Shown: positions 28,401 through 38,107 of the stretch, one piece after another
How the letters are laid out: the number at the start of each line of letters is the position of its first letter
How positions within the stretch are numbered: position 1 is the first letter of the stretch
Assembly (NCBI GenBank): GCA_963546395.1
Contig: CAUUMS010000002.1
Span: 12,585 to 76,584 of the forward strand
DNA length: 64,000 nucleotides
Source: an uncultured Bacteroidia bacterium
GTDB taxonomy: Bacteria; Bacteroidota; Bacteroidia; Bacteroidales; CAJPTX01
Direction: 5' to 3'
Made by a program: the position numbers and the translations under genes
Notes under the pieces: model-generated
What the model was told of the DNA's origin: nothing
What the model saw: the letters and a program-made list of their open reading frames with translations, nothing else
Databases searched by the model: none

Positions 28401-31400
28401 TGCAGATGTTCAAGAAGGGTGTGGACGACTGGTATTTCACCCTGGAAGAGGGCAAACATACCATTCGGATTCAGTTCGTGGGCAAAGAGGTGAACGATCT
28501 GTTTGCAATATCGCGTATAGCGATAGAGCCTGTACGAAAGGAGAGGGATGTCATGCTCACGGTGCTTGAGCGTCCAGAGGATGGTAAGAACCTGGGCGTA
28601 AGTCCGATAAAGCTGCGTGTCACCAACAAGAATTTCCAGCCTGTAAAGGGCGTAGAGATCCGGGGCTATGTGAATGGCAAATGGCAGACTGCAGCCAAGG
28701 TAGAGGAGCTGGCAGGGTTTGCTGACACTGAGGTGACTCTGTCGCTGGATTTGAGCACCCGGGCTGCGATTGGGGAGGTGATGAATATCACCGTGAAGGC
28801 ACAGCTCGATGGGGATGTGAATCCGAAGGATAACGAGGTGAGCGGTAAGGTCATCAACATGGGTTCTGTGGTGACGATGCCCCGATCGGTGGTATCGAAT
28901 GGCTCATTTGGGCAGCAGGTGATAGACCCCAGAGAGACCATTGAGATCACGAAGCCGGTAATCTTCACGGATGACGGGGGGTATTTTGGAACGCATGCCA
29001 CTCGTCAGTCAGCAACCCTAAAGATGCGGCCCAAGGATCCTACTATGCGGGTGCGGGTGACATTCAAGGAGTTTGTCACCGAGAAGGATGAGGCGGTGCT
29101 AGGTGTTTACACGGCCACGGTACCCCCGACGTTGCAGTACACCGGGATTCGGGTGCGTGATCTCCTGACGGGAACGATAACGCAGGGGCCTAGAACCTAC
29201 GTGTCGGAGGCAGAAGATGGAGCTATCACCTTCGTATTCGCTTCCCGTCGCTCCTCTGAAAAGGGATGGGTTGCCGAGGTAGATCTGGTACCAGCCCAGA
29301 ATCCGCTCACGCTGGTGAGTGCCAAGGCGCAGGCATTAGGCACAGATCCGATGGGTAAGGTGCCTGTCGAGGTTACACTGCGTAACAACTGGCAGCAGCC
29401 GCTGAAGAACGTGAGCGTGGTGGTGTGGGATGGTAAGCGTGAGATATTGACCTGGGAGAGGTTGCAAACGTTGGCACCGGGTGAGAGCACTGTAACGCTC
29501 AAGGAGCCGTTTGAAATGCCGTTTGCCACGAATGCGGCCTACGAGGTGTATGTAGAGGGCGACGACTCGGATGGATCCGATAATGTGTTGCCACTGCTTG
29601 CTGCGTACGACCGGTATTGCCAACCCGGGGCAGTGTCTGCAACCAATAAGCTGGCACTGTATTACTTGTCTGTCGCTGGGCAGGAGTTTGAGCCACCGGC
29701 ACCCACCGGGCGCTTGCAGTATCTGCGGCCCCCGAAGATTACCCTCTTCAAGAAGGATGGTAAGGTGGATGTGCATGGTGAGCTGGATTACAATGACACC
29801 CCAGAGGATGCCACGCTTAGCATGTGGGTGGACTGGGATGATGATGGTAAGTTCACCGACGCAGAGCGCACGGAAATCGTTATTGCCAAGGGCAAGATGA
29901 CGTTCCGTGGGCAGCTGGATGTGCCCGCCACTGCGGTTGCTGGTGAGCGACGTGTGCGGATTTCGCTTACGAAGGCCGCAGAAAGCAAAGAGGGGCCCTG
30001 CTTTGACAAGGGTCTCACAGTGGGTGCCCTGCTTGACGTGGTATTTGTGGTGAAGGAGGGAACCGACCCGCTGCGTGGCGATCTTCGACTGAAGCGGGTA
30101 GATGCTGGTAAGCCGGGCGTGAAGCTCCCGGCTGATAGGCAGGTTAAAATCGTTGTCGAAAACCGTTCAAACGCCCTGTACGACGGCAAGGTTAAGGTGC
30201 GGTTGACGGTGGACAATATGCCAGCTCAGGAAGAGGAGATCGCATGCACAATCAAGAAGCAGGATAGCGCAACACTAACCCTTACCAAGAGGGCTGATCT
30301 GTCGGCCCAGGGGCAGCATGTTGTCAAGGTGGAAATCGAGGAGCTACCTGCTGTTGTGAATCCGGAGAATAACGCTGCCGAGGCCCGTGTGTATAACGTG
30401 ATTCCGCAGGAGGCTGAGCGGTATGCGCTGCAAATGGCCAGCGATACGAAACGGGGACGTTACATCTCCACGGCGGAAGTGGGGGATGCTATGGCTGTGA
30501 AGACGCAGCACTCGAATCGCACGATAGAGATGATGGTCAACTTTGATCGTCCGCAGGCGGCGCGATTGATATCTGCCACCGGATTCCACCTCATGAGCTT
30601 CTATGGGCAGGGCGGTCTGCCGGATAATGGGCTCGGGGTGGTGATAGGGCTCAATCACTACGTGGTGACATCGACCCCCGTCATCAAGCCGGGCACATGG
30701 CAACACGTGGCAGTTGTGATCCACGACATCGTGATCGACCGTGTGAATGGCTCGACGTGCTGGGTTGAGATCTTCGTAGACGGCGTTAAGCAGAGCGTGC
30801 TGGTGAGCGGTCTTAGCGCACCCAGTTTCACAGACCTAAAGCTAGCTCCCCGCTTCGACGGGAAGCTGGATGTCCTGCGCACTTGGACAACGCTACGCAG
30901 CCAGGACGAACTACAAGCTAACCGCTACAAATATCTGCGTGAGGCTAGCGGTAAGCTTCCTCAGAACTGTGTGGCTGAATATGCTTTCGATGAGGGGCCG
31001 CACAATGCGATGGCCTACTCTGGGCCGCACGCTGCCCAGATTCAGGTGGAGGATCCGACGCTGATTGAGAAGGATGACAATACGGGTGTCTGGTACAAGA
31101 TTGGGGAACTGATATCACGGTTTGACTTTGCTGGGCAGGTTCGCCAATTTGACCCAGAGCAGGCAGGAGAGCCGTACAAAATCCTATTCCCTCATGGGAC
31201 AGATTTGAGTCAGGTGACGGGGAACGTGATACCCATATGGCCAGAGACGCAGCTTTCCTACGATGGGAAGCCGATAGCACAGGATACGAAGTACGATTTC
31301 TCTGGTGGCAAGACTGTGACCATCACGGCTGAGCGTAAGGGATTGTACGGGAAGGACTACACCCAGACGGTGCGTGTGGTAGCAGAATTGGATAAGGATA

Positions 31401-34400
31401 ATGCCAACACGCTGCTAAGCCTGTCCCTTGAGAAGGCTAAGAACCCAGGGCTGCTGACGGACGTTCAGCCTAAGGCGATAGCCCCGCTCATGGAGCTTGA
31501 TATGCCCGAGGCTGCCGGGCGGCTGAATGACATCACCCAGGTAAAACTCACGTTTACCGTGCCAGCTTCGGCCAAGGCCTTTGCGCAGGGTAAGGAGCTC
31601 GCCAGCGGTGAGACACCGGTAGATCTGACTGACCCGGTTACGATAACGGTGAAGGCTGCGAATGGTGAGGCTCGTGCCTACGTGGTACGGCTTGCCTACG
31701 CACAAGAGATTGAGTGGACTCTGGAGAAGACTGAGTACACGTATGGTGATCAGCCGGTGCCTTTGGTTGCAAAGGCCTCCTCGGGTCTGCCGGTGATCTT
31801 CACATCTGATAATGCGGAAGTAGCAAGTGAGGCGCAAGGTGCCCTGCGGATTGCTCATCCGGGTGCGGCGACGATTTCGGCCCATCAGGCTGGCGGTAAA
31901 CACTTCGCTGCGGCTAAGCAGGTGGACAAGGCTGTGCGTGTGGCCAAGCGTCCGGTGACTGTGAAGCCGAATGTGCGCACTACGTTCGGGGTGCTCTCGC
32001 CATGGACTTACACGTACAGTAATCTCGTCAATGAGGATGATGCACGGTCGTTCCCGGATCCTATGCGCTATGGGGCATTCTCATTGACCAAATTGGATGG
32101 CACTCCGGTGACGTATAGCGAGGCTTTGCCTGTGGGTGAATACAAGCTCGTTGCCGATGCCGCCAAGGCGTATGAGAACGAGCTGTACACCTTTACCCCT
32201 GAAGACGGTTCGCTAATCGTGGAGCAAGGGAGCCATCGTATCTTGGTTGTCTACGTCGTTGATGGGGCGGGGCAACCGCTTGAGGGTGTAATGGTGAATG
32301 CGGGTGCCAAGTCTTACCTCACGGGTCAGGATGGTGTGGCACACGCCATCTGCCAGGAGAAGACGGAGCTGGAATGGGTGGCGACCAAGGAGGGTTACTC
32401 CAAGGAGTCAGGACGCATTTCTATTCCCGAAGGGAAGGACGGTGAGCTCCGAGTGGTACTGCGCTCAGCGCAAATAGAGCTCAGCTACACAGCTGGTGAG
32501 CATGGCTCCCTGGCTGGGATGACATCGCAGCGTGTTGCGAAAGGGGCCAGCGGTGATCCGGTGCTCGCTTTGGCAGACGATGGTTACATGTTTAGCAAGT
32601 GGAACGATGGTGTAACGGAGAATCCGCGTGTGGATCGGAACGTGACCGAGGCGGTGAACGTGAGTGCCATCTTTAGCCCCATTACTTACTCGGTAGAGTA
32701 CGTTCTAGGTGAGGGAGGGAAACTTGTGAGCGGTAGCCTGAAGCAGCAGGTTGCACGTGGTGCAGATGGCTCTCCTGTAGAGGTTGCACCCGCTAGCCAG
32801 GACTACTATCTCGAGGGCTGGAGTGATGGGCAGCATGGGGCCACACACACCGTTAAGAATGTGCAGGGTGATATGCGCATTGAGGCTCGCTTTGCCAAAT
32901 TCCGCACCTTGCCCGATGTCATGGACTTTGAGCGTGGCACACTGGAGGACGGATGGTATACTGTGGGCGAAGGCAGCCAGACAAACCGATTTGTCATAAC
33001 GGACAAGGCCCCCGATCGTGCTGGGAAGTGGAGACTTGATGGGAAGTTTGCCCTCTGCAATAGTGGAAATCTTTCTCCCTATGGGCCTCTGACAATCACC
33101 TACCTCTACACGCCTCGCTACAAGGTGGATGGTGCTGATAAGGATCTCGTCGTGGCATTCGATTACCTCTTCAATCGGCGGGATGGTGATCAACTCATCC
33201 TTGAGTACTCTCTGGATGGTGCAACATTCGTTGAGGCAAAGAATCTCCAGCGGATGGTACAGCCGAAGCGCACCACGGAGATCGTGAAGATTGACAAGGA
33301 TAAGCTGACGGGCCACCAGGATATACAATTCCGCTGGACGTACAAGGCGAGAAAGGGGTATTACACCCTCATCGACAACATTGCCATGTACTGGGATGAG
33401 GCCTCTGCGCACGTGCTTTCTTACGAGGCTTTGCCAAGTGAGGGTGGCACGATTACCCTGGATGGTGCCCCTGTGGCATCTCAGAATGTGAACCGTGGTG
33501 CTCAGGCAAAACCGGTAGTTGCTACGCCCAATGCCGACTTTAAATTCGTTGAATGGCGGCAGCAGGGTGTCGTCCTGGGCACAGATCCTAAGCTCACCCT
33601 TGGTGGGGTCGTGGCTAAGAATGCTACGTATACAGCCTTGTTCCGCCACATGCAACTCGCCCATCTCACCTACAAGGCCATTCCTGCCGTAGGGGGTACA
33701 TTCAGGGTGGGTGATGTGGAAGCTCAGGAGCAAGACGTTACGAAGGGTGAAGACGCTAAGCCAGTCACGGCTGTCCCGCAGAAAGGATACCGTTTCGTGC
33801 GGTGGAACAATACTGGAGCGACAGATCCGATTCTGAAGACCAAGGCTGATGCGGATGCCGAGTACGTGGCGATCTTCGAGCTCCGTCAGTACACGCTCTC
33901 CTTTGCAGTTAAGAGCCAGGGTACGCCCGTACAGCAGGCTCAGATCAATGTGGGTACCAAGGTCGAGCGGACTGATGATCAGGGTGCCTTGAGCGTGTCA
34001 GTTGTACCAGGTGAGTATGCGTTCACGGTGATTGCCGATGGGTACGAGCCTTACTCTGGGACTGCCACGGTGTCGGATGACGATGTGCAGGTCTCTGTGG
34101 AGTTGGTGAAGAAGCAAACCAATGTGGCCCAGGGTAGCACGTTCGTGGTTACCCACGAGGGAGCTCCAGTTGCTGGTGCTATCATCGAGGTGAATGCACA
34201 CAAGCTGACTACCGATGCGAGTGGTTCGGCTACGGTGCTGCTTGCGCCTAGGAACTCGTACCAGTATACTGTCACAGCCGAGGGCTTTGCTCCAGCGTCT
34301 GGCGTACTAGAGCTGGATAATGAGCCTAAGACGGTTAACGTGGCTCTTCAGCGGATTACGTACACTGTGACCTGGTCGATGCCCGAGCATGGGGCTATTA

Positions 34401-34894
34401 CTGTCACGGCTGCTGGTCGCTCCTTGGCAAATGGTGATGCTGTGGTGCAGGGGAGTGAGATCTCTGTAGAGGTCAAGCCCGAAGGTGGCTACAAGCTGGC
34501 CAAGTTGCTTGTGAATGGGGAGGATCGCACGGCTGATGCTGCTCAGGGCGTGCTGACGTTGACGGTGTCTGCAAATGTTACCCTTGAGGCGACATTTGCT
34601 CCTGTGCCCCAGGGCGAGAAGCCCACTCCGCAGCCTCCGACCGAGGTGGAAGATGGGATATTCGCTCAGGTAGTCGCATTCCCGAACCCATTTGTCAACA
34701 ACATCCGTGTACGTGGCTTACAGGGTACTGGGCAAATCCGCCTGCTCGATGTTACGGCAGCGGTGATACTCACCACCCCCTTCGTGAATGGCCATGATGT
34801 TATACTTCAGTTGGCCGATCTGCCTGCGGGAGTATATCTGCTGGTGATAGACAACGGGCGAGCTAATCGCACGATACGCCTCGTCAAGCAATAG
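25493..34894 (+). CDS. giant (3133 aa) secreted S8 subtilase-adhesin, a T9SS cargo
   Basis: Signal peptide and an S8 triad (D242 in VGVWDG, H269 in DHGTHVTGT, S452 in SGTSMACP). These are followed by a LamG-like module, a MAM-like module, several Listeria-Bacteroides-type repeats (GYMFSKWNDG, YLEGWSDG, FKFVEWRQ, YRFVRWNN) and CarboxypepD_reg-like domains. The protein ends in a type-A CTD. Confidence 0.9.
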   Translation: MRKFYAFFLVLLLWLPLGLQAQQWVQLGTHRFVPEQNLRRPHRGALDLGQAVGGCHNVLVQFEAIPSGKTMSALQQQGLKLGDYVGGNAYFATVAEGTDVQAYRKAGLVSLIPVRAEWKLSPQLEGGRVPSHAKVTEGTARVDITFASNVTPQEAQSALQRLGCTEVSVSDIFACARVVTQCDRLEALLALPWVLRVEPIEPPYSTNNYSGRTLGRASVLSIPTTLGGRGLRGRGSRVGVWDGNAVTHPDFGERVHVQEYESSVEAADHGTHVTGTVLGAGMQDPDGMGMAPEAHAWTYNFNRGRNGLSEPEEMKNAAKRFGITLTQNSYGLYLSNVCGLYKDIVYSLADFQRDRLACDVPTLSHVFAAGNDQASCPSVVTEEYGKPGYGTVTIRAKNMIYVAAVNERGTITNFSSMGPQDDGRLFPIVSAKGESVYSVRPVSGYQRLSGTSMACPTTTGHLALLQERYRQVNSGANVRNDVLKAIVANTANEAGRKGPDFTYGYGILDAEKAVQAIENEYYLTGELAHGAKATHSIQVPAWATGLKVMLVWNDPPISKPVEWGQSVLVNDLDLSVNAGGTDWAPWVLNPTKDHVEDLPERKVDRLNNIEQVTLSSAELNGAQKVEVNIGAHRVANGAQRYALTWWFERGDMRMLYPAAGEVLEPEMAYVARLENPPASYDIELSYDGGMTYKRIARIASGDANPLFKVPADAPACSKAVLRIVDAQGHFAASQGVFTIAAQPKNLQLKTGNCGYDGWSLTWDEVPSATHGYEILLGDASTGMWKSIGHTDGPQAAKFELTGDEILRMVKEAGRPLFAVATRTPEGQWGKRSIARMADLSAQLHPAPADLPIVETFMRLPSPLFRTKSGKNVKVQYVPQKIGDAPEGSNYLGLVIKDRLKDFDESDYFGAKNADNAAELFMCEVDLTGHGTTVLHITGGLIPSNSRKPETAQMRVLSNDKPLKSQYGGEVQMFKKGVDDWYFTLEEGKHTIRIQFVGKEVNDLFAISRIAIEPVRKERDVMLTVLERPEDGKNLGVSPIKLRVTNKNFQPVKGVEIRGYVNGKWQTAAKVEELAGFADTEVTLSLDLSTRAAIGEVMNITVKAQLDGDVNPKDNEVSGKVINMGSVVTMPRSVVSNGSFGQQVIDPRETIEITKPVIFTDDGGYFGTHATRQSATLKMRPKDPTMRVRVTFKEFVTEKDEAVLGVYTATVPPTLQYTGIRVRDLLTGTITQGPRTYVSEAEDGAITFVFASRRSSEKGWVAEVDLVPAQNPLTLVSAKAQALGTDPMGKVPVEVTLRNNWQQPLKNVSVVVWDGKREILTWERLQTLAPGESTVTLKEPFEMPFATNAAYEVYVEGDDSDGSDNVLPLLAAYDRYCQPGAVSATNKLALYYLSVAGQEFEPPAPTGRLQYLRPPKITLFKKDGKVDVHGELDYNDTPEDATLSMWVDWDDDGKFTDAERTEIVIAKGKMTFRGQLDVPATAVAGERRVRISLTKAAESKEGPCFDKGLTVGALLDVVFVVKEGTDPLRGDLRLKRVDAGKPGVKLPADRQVKIVVENRSNALYDGKVKVRLTVDNMPAQEEEIACTIKKQDSATLTLTKRADLSAQGQHVVKVEIEELPAVVNPENNAAEARVYNVIPQEAERYALQMASDTKRGRYISTAEVGDAMAVKTQHSNRTIEMMVNFDRPQAARLISATGFHLMSFYGQGGLPDNGLGVVIGLNHYVVTSTPVIKPGTWQHVAVVIHDIVIDRVNGSTCWVEIFVDGVKQSVLVSGLSAPSFTDLKLAPRFDGKLDVLRTWTTLRSQDELQANRYKYLREASGKLPQNCVAEYAFDEGPHNAMAYSGPHAAQIQVEDPTLIEKDDNTGVWYKIGELISRFDFAGQVRQFDPEQAGEPYKILFPHGTDLSQVTGNVIPIWPETQLSYDGKPIAQDTKYDFSGGKTVTITAERKGLYGKDYTQTVRVVAELDKDNANTLLSLSLEKAKNPGLLTDVQPKAIAPLMELDMPEAAGRLNDITQVKLTFTVPASAKAFAQGKELASGETPVDLTDPVTITVKAANGEARAYVVRLAYAQEIEWTLEKTEYTYGDQPVPLVAKASSGLPVIFTSDNAEVASEAQGALRIAHPGAATISAHQAGGKHFAAAKQVDKAVRVAKRPVTVKPNVRTTFGVLSPWTYTYSNLVNEDDARSFPDPMRYGAFSLTKLDGTPVTYSEALPVGEYKLVADAAKAYENELYTFTPEDGSLIVEQGSHRILVVYVVDGAGQPLEGVMVNAGAKSYLTGQDGVAHAICQEKTELEWVATKEGYSKESGRISIPEGKDGELRVVLRSAQIELSYTAGEHGSLAGMTSQRVAKGASGDPVLALADDGYMFSKWNDGVTENPRVDRNVTEAVNVSAIFSPITYSVEYVLGEGGKLVSGSLKQQVARGADGSPVEVAPASQDYYLEGWSDGQHGATHTVKNVQGDMRIEARFAKFRTLPDVMDFERGTLEDGWYTVGEGSQTNRFVITDKAPDRAGKWRLDGKFALCNSGNLSPYGPLTITYLYTPRYKVDGADKDLVVAFDYLFNRRDGDQLILEYSLDGATFVEAKNLQRMVQPKRTTEIVKIDKDKLTGHQDIQFRWTYKARKGYYTLIDNIAMYWDEASAHVLSYEALPSEGGTITLDGAPVASQNVNRGAQAKPVVATPNADFKFVEWRQQGVVLGTDPKLTLGGVVAKNATYTALFRHMQLAHLTYKAIPAVGGTFRVGDVEAQEQDVTKGEDAKPVTAVPQKGYRFVRWNNTGATDPILKTKADADAEYVAIFELRQYTLSFAVKSQGTPVQQAQINVGTKVERTDDQGALSVSVVPGEYAFTVIADGYEPYSGTATVSDDDVQVSVELVKKQTNVAQGSTFVVTHEGAPVAGAIIEVNAHKLTTDASGSATVLLAPRNSYQYTVTAEGFAPASGVLELDNEPKTVNVALQRITYTVTWSMPEHGAITVTAAGRSLANGDAVVQGSEISVEVKPEGGYKLAKLLVNGEDRTADAAQGVLTLTVSANVTLEATFAPVPQGEKPTPQPPTEVEDGIFAQVVAFPNPFVNNIRVRGLQGTGQIRLLDVTAAVILTTPFVNGHDVILQLADLPAGVYLLVIDNGRANRTIRLVKQ
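26090..27050 (+). other. S8 peptidase catalytic domain within the giant ORF
   Basis: The His codon CAT is at 26297-26299 and the Ser codon TCG at 26846-26848. Confidence 0.85.
34649..34891 (+). other. T9SS C-terminal sorting domain (type A, Por_Secre_tail-like)
   Basis: The last 81 aa are ...FPNPFVNNIRVRGL...IRLLDVTAAVI...LADLPAGVYLLVI...RLVKQ. Confidence 0.8.
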
Positions 34895-34920
34895 AGGGCG
34901 AGAGGTTAGCCGATGACTGA

Positions 34921-34949
34921 AGAGGGGGGCATTACGCCCCCCTCTTTTT
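34921..34949 (+). terminator. rho-independent terminator after the giant gene
   Basis: Perfect 10-bp GC stem agaggggggc / gcccccctct, 5-nt loop, TTTTT tract. Confidence 0.85.
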
Positions 34950-35130
34950 ATGCCATCATGTGTACTTCACGCCGGATTACACGTGGCTGCCCCCCATTTC
35001 TCTAGCGTGAAGACATGCCGTAGCCACGTGGCGAGTCACCGAGAACGTTGGGCCTATCGCATGGCGTAGCCTTTTCACGGGCTTACATTTTGCAGGCGAT
35101 CGACGGCTATCCCCTCTTACGCAATTTTGC

Positions 35131-35138
35131 TACCTTTG
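35131..35138 (+). promoter_or_regulatory. candidate -7 box TACCTTTG (CTACCTTTGCG) for tnaA
   Basis: Matches TAnnTTTG, ending 86 nt before the ATG at 35225. Confidence 0.5.
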
Positions 35139-35224
35139 CGACCAGTGGATCTGGGGCCCTAGCGCAAAGCCGTTGCCCCAGTGCCCGGCAGTAAATCTTT
35201 GCAAATCAAATCGAGGACATTGTC

Positions 35225-36598
35225 ATGGAATTACCCTTCTCAGAATCCTTTCGCATAAAGATGGTGGAGCCCATTCGCATGTCCACGCGGCAAGAGCGCG
35301 AACAGTGGCTCAAGGAGGCTCACTACAATGTGTTTCAGCTTCGTGCTGAGCACGTCTTTATCGATCTGCTCACAGACTCCGGTACGGGGGCGATGAGCGA
35401 TAGGCAGTGGTCTGCGCTCATGATGGGTGACGAGAGCTACGCAGGGGCCCGCTCATTCTTCCGTTTCAAGGAAAGCGTCTCTCGTATCACGGGCTTTGAG
35501 CATGTGCTGCCGACCCACCAGGGGCGTGCCGCTGAGAACGTATTCTTCTCAGCTGTGGTGAAGAAGGGGGATGTATGCCCCGGCAACTCTCATTTCGATA
35601 CCACCAAGGGCCACATCGAATCGCGCGGTGCCATTGCGCTCGATTGCACGGTAGACGAGGCCAAGGATACCCAGCTAGAGGTTCCCTTCAAGGGGAATGT
35701 GGATATCGCCAAGCTAGAGAAGGCCCTCAAGGAGTTTCAGGATCGTATCCCGTTTGTCATTGTTACCTGTACGAACAACACGGCTGGCGGGCAGCCCGTG
35801 AGCATGCAGAACCTGCGTGAGGCTTCCGCCGTGGCTAAGAAGTACGGTAAGCGACTGGTCATCGATGGGGCCCGTTTCGCTGAGAATGCCTACTTCATCA
35901 AGACCCGTGAGCAGGGCTATGCTGATAAGAGCATCAAGGAAATTTGCCTTGAGATGTTCTCCTACGCCGATGCCATGACGATGAGTGCCAAGAAGGATGC
36001 CATCGTCAACATGGGAGGTTTCTTTGCCACACGTCATGCTGACTGGTACGACGCTGCCAAGGTGTACTGCATCGTCAACGAGGGTTACATCACCTACGGG
36101 GGTATGAACGGCCGGGACATGGAGGCTCTGGCCGTGGGCTTGGACGAGAATACCGAGTTTGACAATCTCAACACACGTATCCGTCAGGTGCAGTACCTGG
36201 GTGCTAAGCTCGATGAGTACGGGATTCCCTACCAGCGTCCCGCAGGCGGCCACGCCATCTTTGTGGATGCAACCCGCATTCTTACGCATGTACCCAAGGA
36301 GGAATTCCCGGCCCAGACCCTCACCGTGGAGCTCTATCTCGAGGCAGGGATCCGAGGCTGCGAGATTGGCTATATCCTCGCCGACCGCGATCCGCAGACC
36401 AAGGAGAACCGCTTCGGTGGCCTCGACCTGCTGCGTCTTGCCATACCGCGACGCACCTACACCGACAATCATATGAACGTGGTAGCCGCTGCATTGAAGA
36501 ACGTCTTCGATCGCCGCGAGTCCATCACCCGTGGGGTACGCATCATGTGGGAAGCCCCCATTATGCGTCACTTCACCGTTAAGCTCGAACGTTGCTAG
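35225..36598 (+). CDS. tnaA: tryptophanase (beta-eliminating lyase, indole-forming)
   Basis: FIDLLTDSGTGAMS, FDTTKGH, ARFAENAYFIK and MSAKKDA (PLP lysine). These are closer to TnaA than to tyrosine phenol-lyase as I recall the two. Confidence 0.88.
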   Translation: MELPFSESFRIKMVEPIRMSTRQEREQWLKEAHYNVFQLRAEHVFIDLLTDSGTGAMSDRQWSALMMGDESYAGARSFFRFKESVSRITGFEHVLPTHQGRAAENVFFSAVVKKGDVCPGNSHFDTTKGHIESRGAIALDCTVDEAKDTQLEVPFKGNVDIAKLEKALKEFQDRIPFVIVTCTNNTAGGQPVSMQNLREASAVAKKYGKRLVIDGARFAENAYFIKTREQGYADKSIKEICLEMFSYADAMTMSAKKDAIVNMGGFFATRHADWYDAAKVYCIVNEGYITYGGMNGRDMEALAVGLDENTEFDNLNTRIRQVQYLGAKLDEYGIPYQRPAGGHAIFVDATRILTHVPKEEFPAQTLTVELYLEAGIRGCEIGYILADRDPQTKENRFGGLDLLRLAIPRRTYTDNHMNVVAAALKNVFDRRESITRGVRIMWEAPIMRHFTVKLERC

Positions 36599-36608
36599 CC
36601 CAGCTGCC

Positions 36609-37502
36609 ATGTTGCATTCGATGACCGGATTTGGCCTCGGCGAGGCGGAGGGCATATTTGGTGCCCTCAAAGTGGAGATCCGCTCGCTCAACTCCAAATC
36701 GCTCGACATCGGTTCGCTACGGCTGCCTAGTCGCTACCGCAACTTTGAGCCCGAGATCCGCTCGGCCATCACGAATCGCCTAAAGCGCGGTAAGGTTGAG
36801 GTCTACGTGGCCCTGTCCCGCAGTGGTTCCTACACCACAGAGCGGTTGCAGATCAATGGAGCTCTCTTTGCCGAGGGGCTAGTAGCCATCCAGCGTGTTT
36901 GCGAGGAGGCCTGTACCTCGTACTCCGAAGATGCAACCATCTCGTCTATCCTACGCCTCCCGGAAGTCTGGATCACCGAGGAGCAGCCACTCATCGATGA
37001 GGAGCGCAAGGCTTTTGCCGATGCGCTCGGGCAGGCTCTCGAGGCCATCGTGAATTTCCGGGAGACGGAGGGGCGGGCTCTTGCGTCGGATCTTCGGGCC
37101 CAGGTGGAAGATATCAAGCGTTGCCTGGACGGCGTGGAGCAGATGAAGGAGGAGAGGGCTGCCCGCATGAAGGATAGATTCCGTGAGGCACTTGAGGCAG
37201 CACGCGATGCAGACACGCCCCCCGTCGACGAGGCTAGGCTGGCGCAAGAGATTCTCTACCATCTCGAGCGTCTCGATATCAATGAGGAGATCTCACGCCT
37301 TTCGCAGCACTGTCGCTACTTCATCGACACCATGGATGGGGAGCTGTCGCAGGGTCGAAAGCTCTCATTCATTGCGCAGGAGATGGGCCGCGAGATCAAC
37401 ACCATCGGTTCAAAGGCCAATCATGTCGGCATTCAGCGGCATGTAGTCGATATGAAGGACAGCCTCGAACGCATAAAGGAGCAGCTCTTAAATGTGCTCT
37501 AG
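36609..37502 (+). CDS. yicC: YicC-family stress-induced protein
   Basis: MLHSMTGFG start and the C-terminal REINTIGSKAN motif. Confidence 0.85.
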   Translation: MLHSMTGFGLGEAEGIFGALKVEIRSLNSKSLDIGSLRLPSRYRNFEPEIRSAITNRLKRGKVEVYVALSRSGSYTTERLQINGALFAEGLVAIQRVCEEACTSYSEDATISSILRLPEVWITEEQPLIDEERKAFADALGQALEAIVNFRETEGRALASDLRAQVEDIKRCLDGVEQMKEERAARMKDRFREALEAARDADTPPVDEARLAQEILYHLERLDINEEISRLSQHCRYFIDTMDGELSQGRKLSFIAQEMGREINTIGSKANHVGIQRHVVDMKDSLERIKEQLLNVL

Positions 37503-37503
37503 C

Positions 37504-38091
37504 ATGTCAGATTCTTACGCCTTTCCTGGTAAGGCCCTCATCATCTCTGCACCGTCCGGTGCGGGGAAGACGACGCTGATATCCTACCTCCGGGCCCATT
37601 TCTCCCAGCTGGCCTTCTCGGTGTCGGCGTGCAGCCGCTCACCGCGGCCCGGAGAGCAGGACGGAAAGGCCTACTACTTCCTTTCTGTGACGGAGTTCCA
37701 ACGGCGCATCGACCGTGGCGACTTCATCGAGTGGGAGGAGGTATACCCTGGCATGTTCTACGGCACCCTCTACGATGAGGTGCGCTCGCTCTGGGCCAAT
37801 GGCAAGGTGGTGCTCTTCGACATCGATGTCAAAGGGGCCCTCACCCTCAAGCAGAAGTTCGGCTCCACGGCCCTCACCATCTTCATAAAGCCGCCATCCC
37901 TGGAGGCACTGCGCGAGCGACTAAGCCTGCGGGCCACGAATACGCCCGACGACGTGGAGCAGCGCATCGCTAGGGCTGAGCTTGAGTTGCAGCATGCCGA
38001 TCGCTTCGATTGCGTCATCATCAATGATGTCCTAGAGCAGGCACAGCAGCAGATCCTCGGTATCGTGTCCAACTTCCTGGCCTCCAAGTAG
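37504..38091 (+). CDS. gmk: guanylate kinase
   Basis: P-loop SAPSGAGKTT; SxTxR-type region CSRSPRPGEQDGKAYYF. Confidence 0.93.
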   Translation: MSDSYAFPGKALIISAPSGAGKTTLISYLRAHFSQLAFSVSACSRSPRPGEQDGKAYYFLSVTEFQRRIDRGDFIEWEEVYPGMFYGTLYDEVRSLWANGKVVLFDIDVKGALTLKQKFGSTALTIFIKPPSLEALRERLSLRATNTPDDVEQRIARAELELQHADRFDCVIINDVLEQAQQQILGIVSNFLASK

Positions 38092-38107
38092 GGGCCCAGC
38101 CAGCACC

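Noticed and set aside
35139-35224. A TnaC-like leader peptide or attenuator in the tnaA 5' region.
   Set aside because: There is no ATG-initiated mini-ORF and no Trp codon context. Only a 5-codon GTG frame and a 7-bp hairpin (ctggggc...gccccag) without a U-tract are present, which is not enough evidence.
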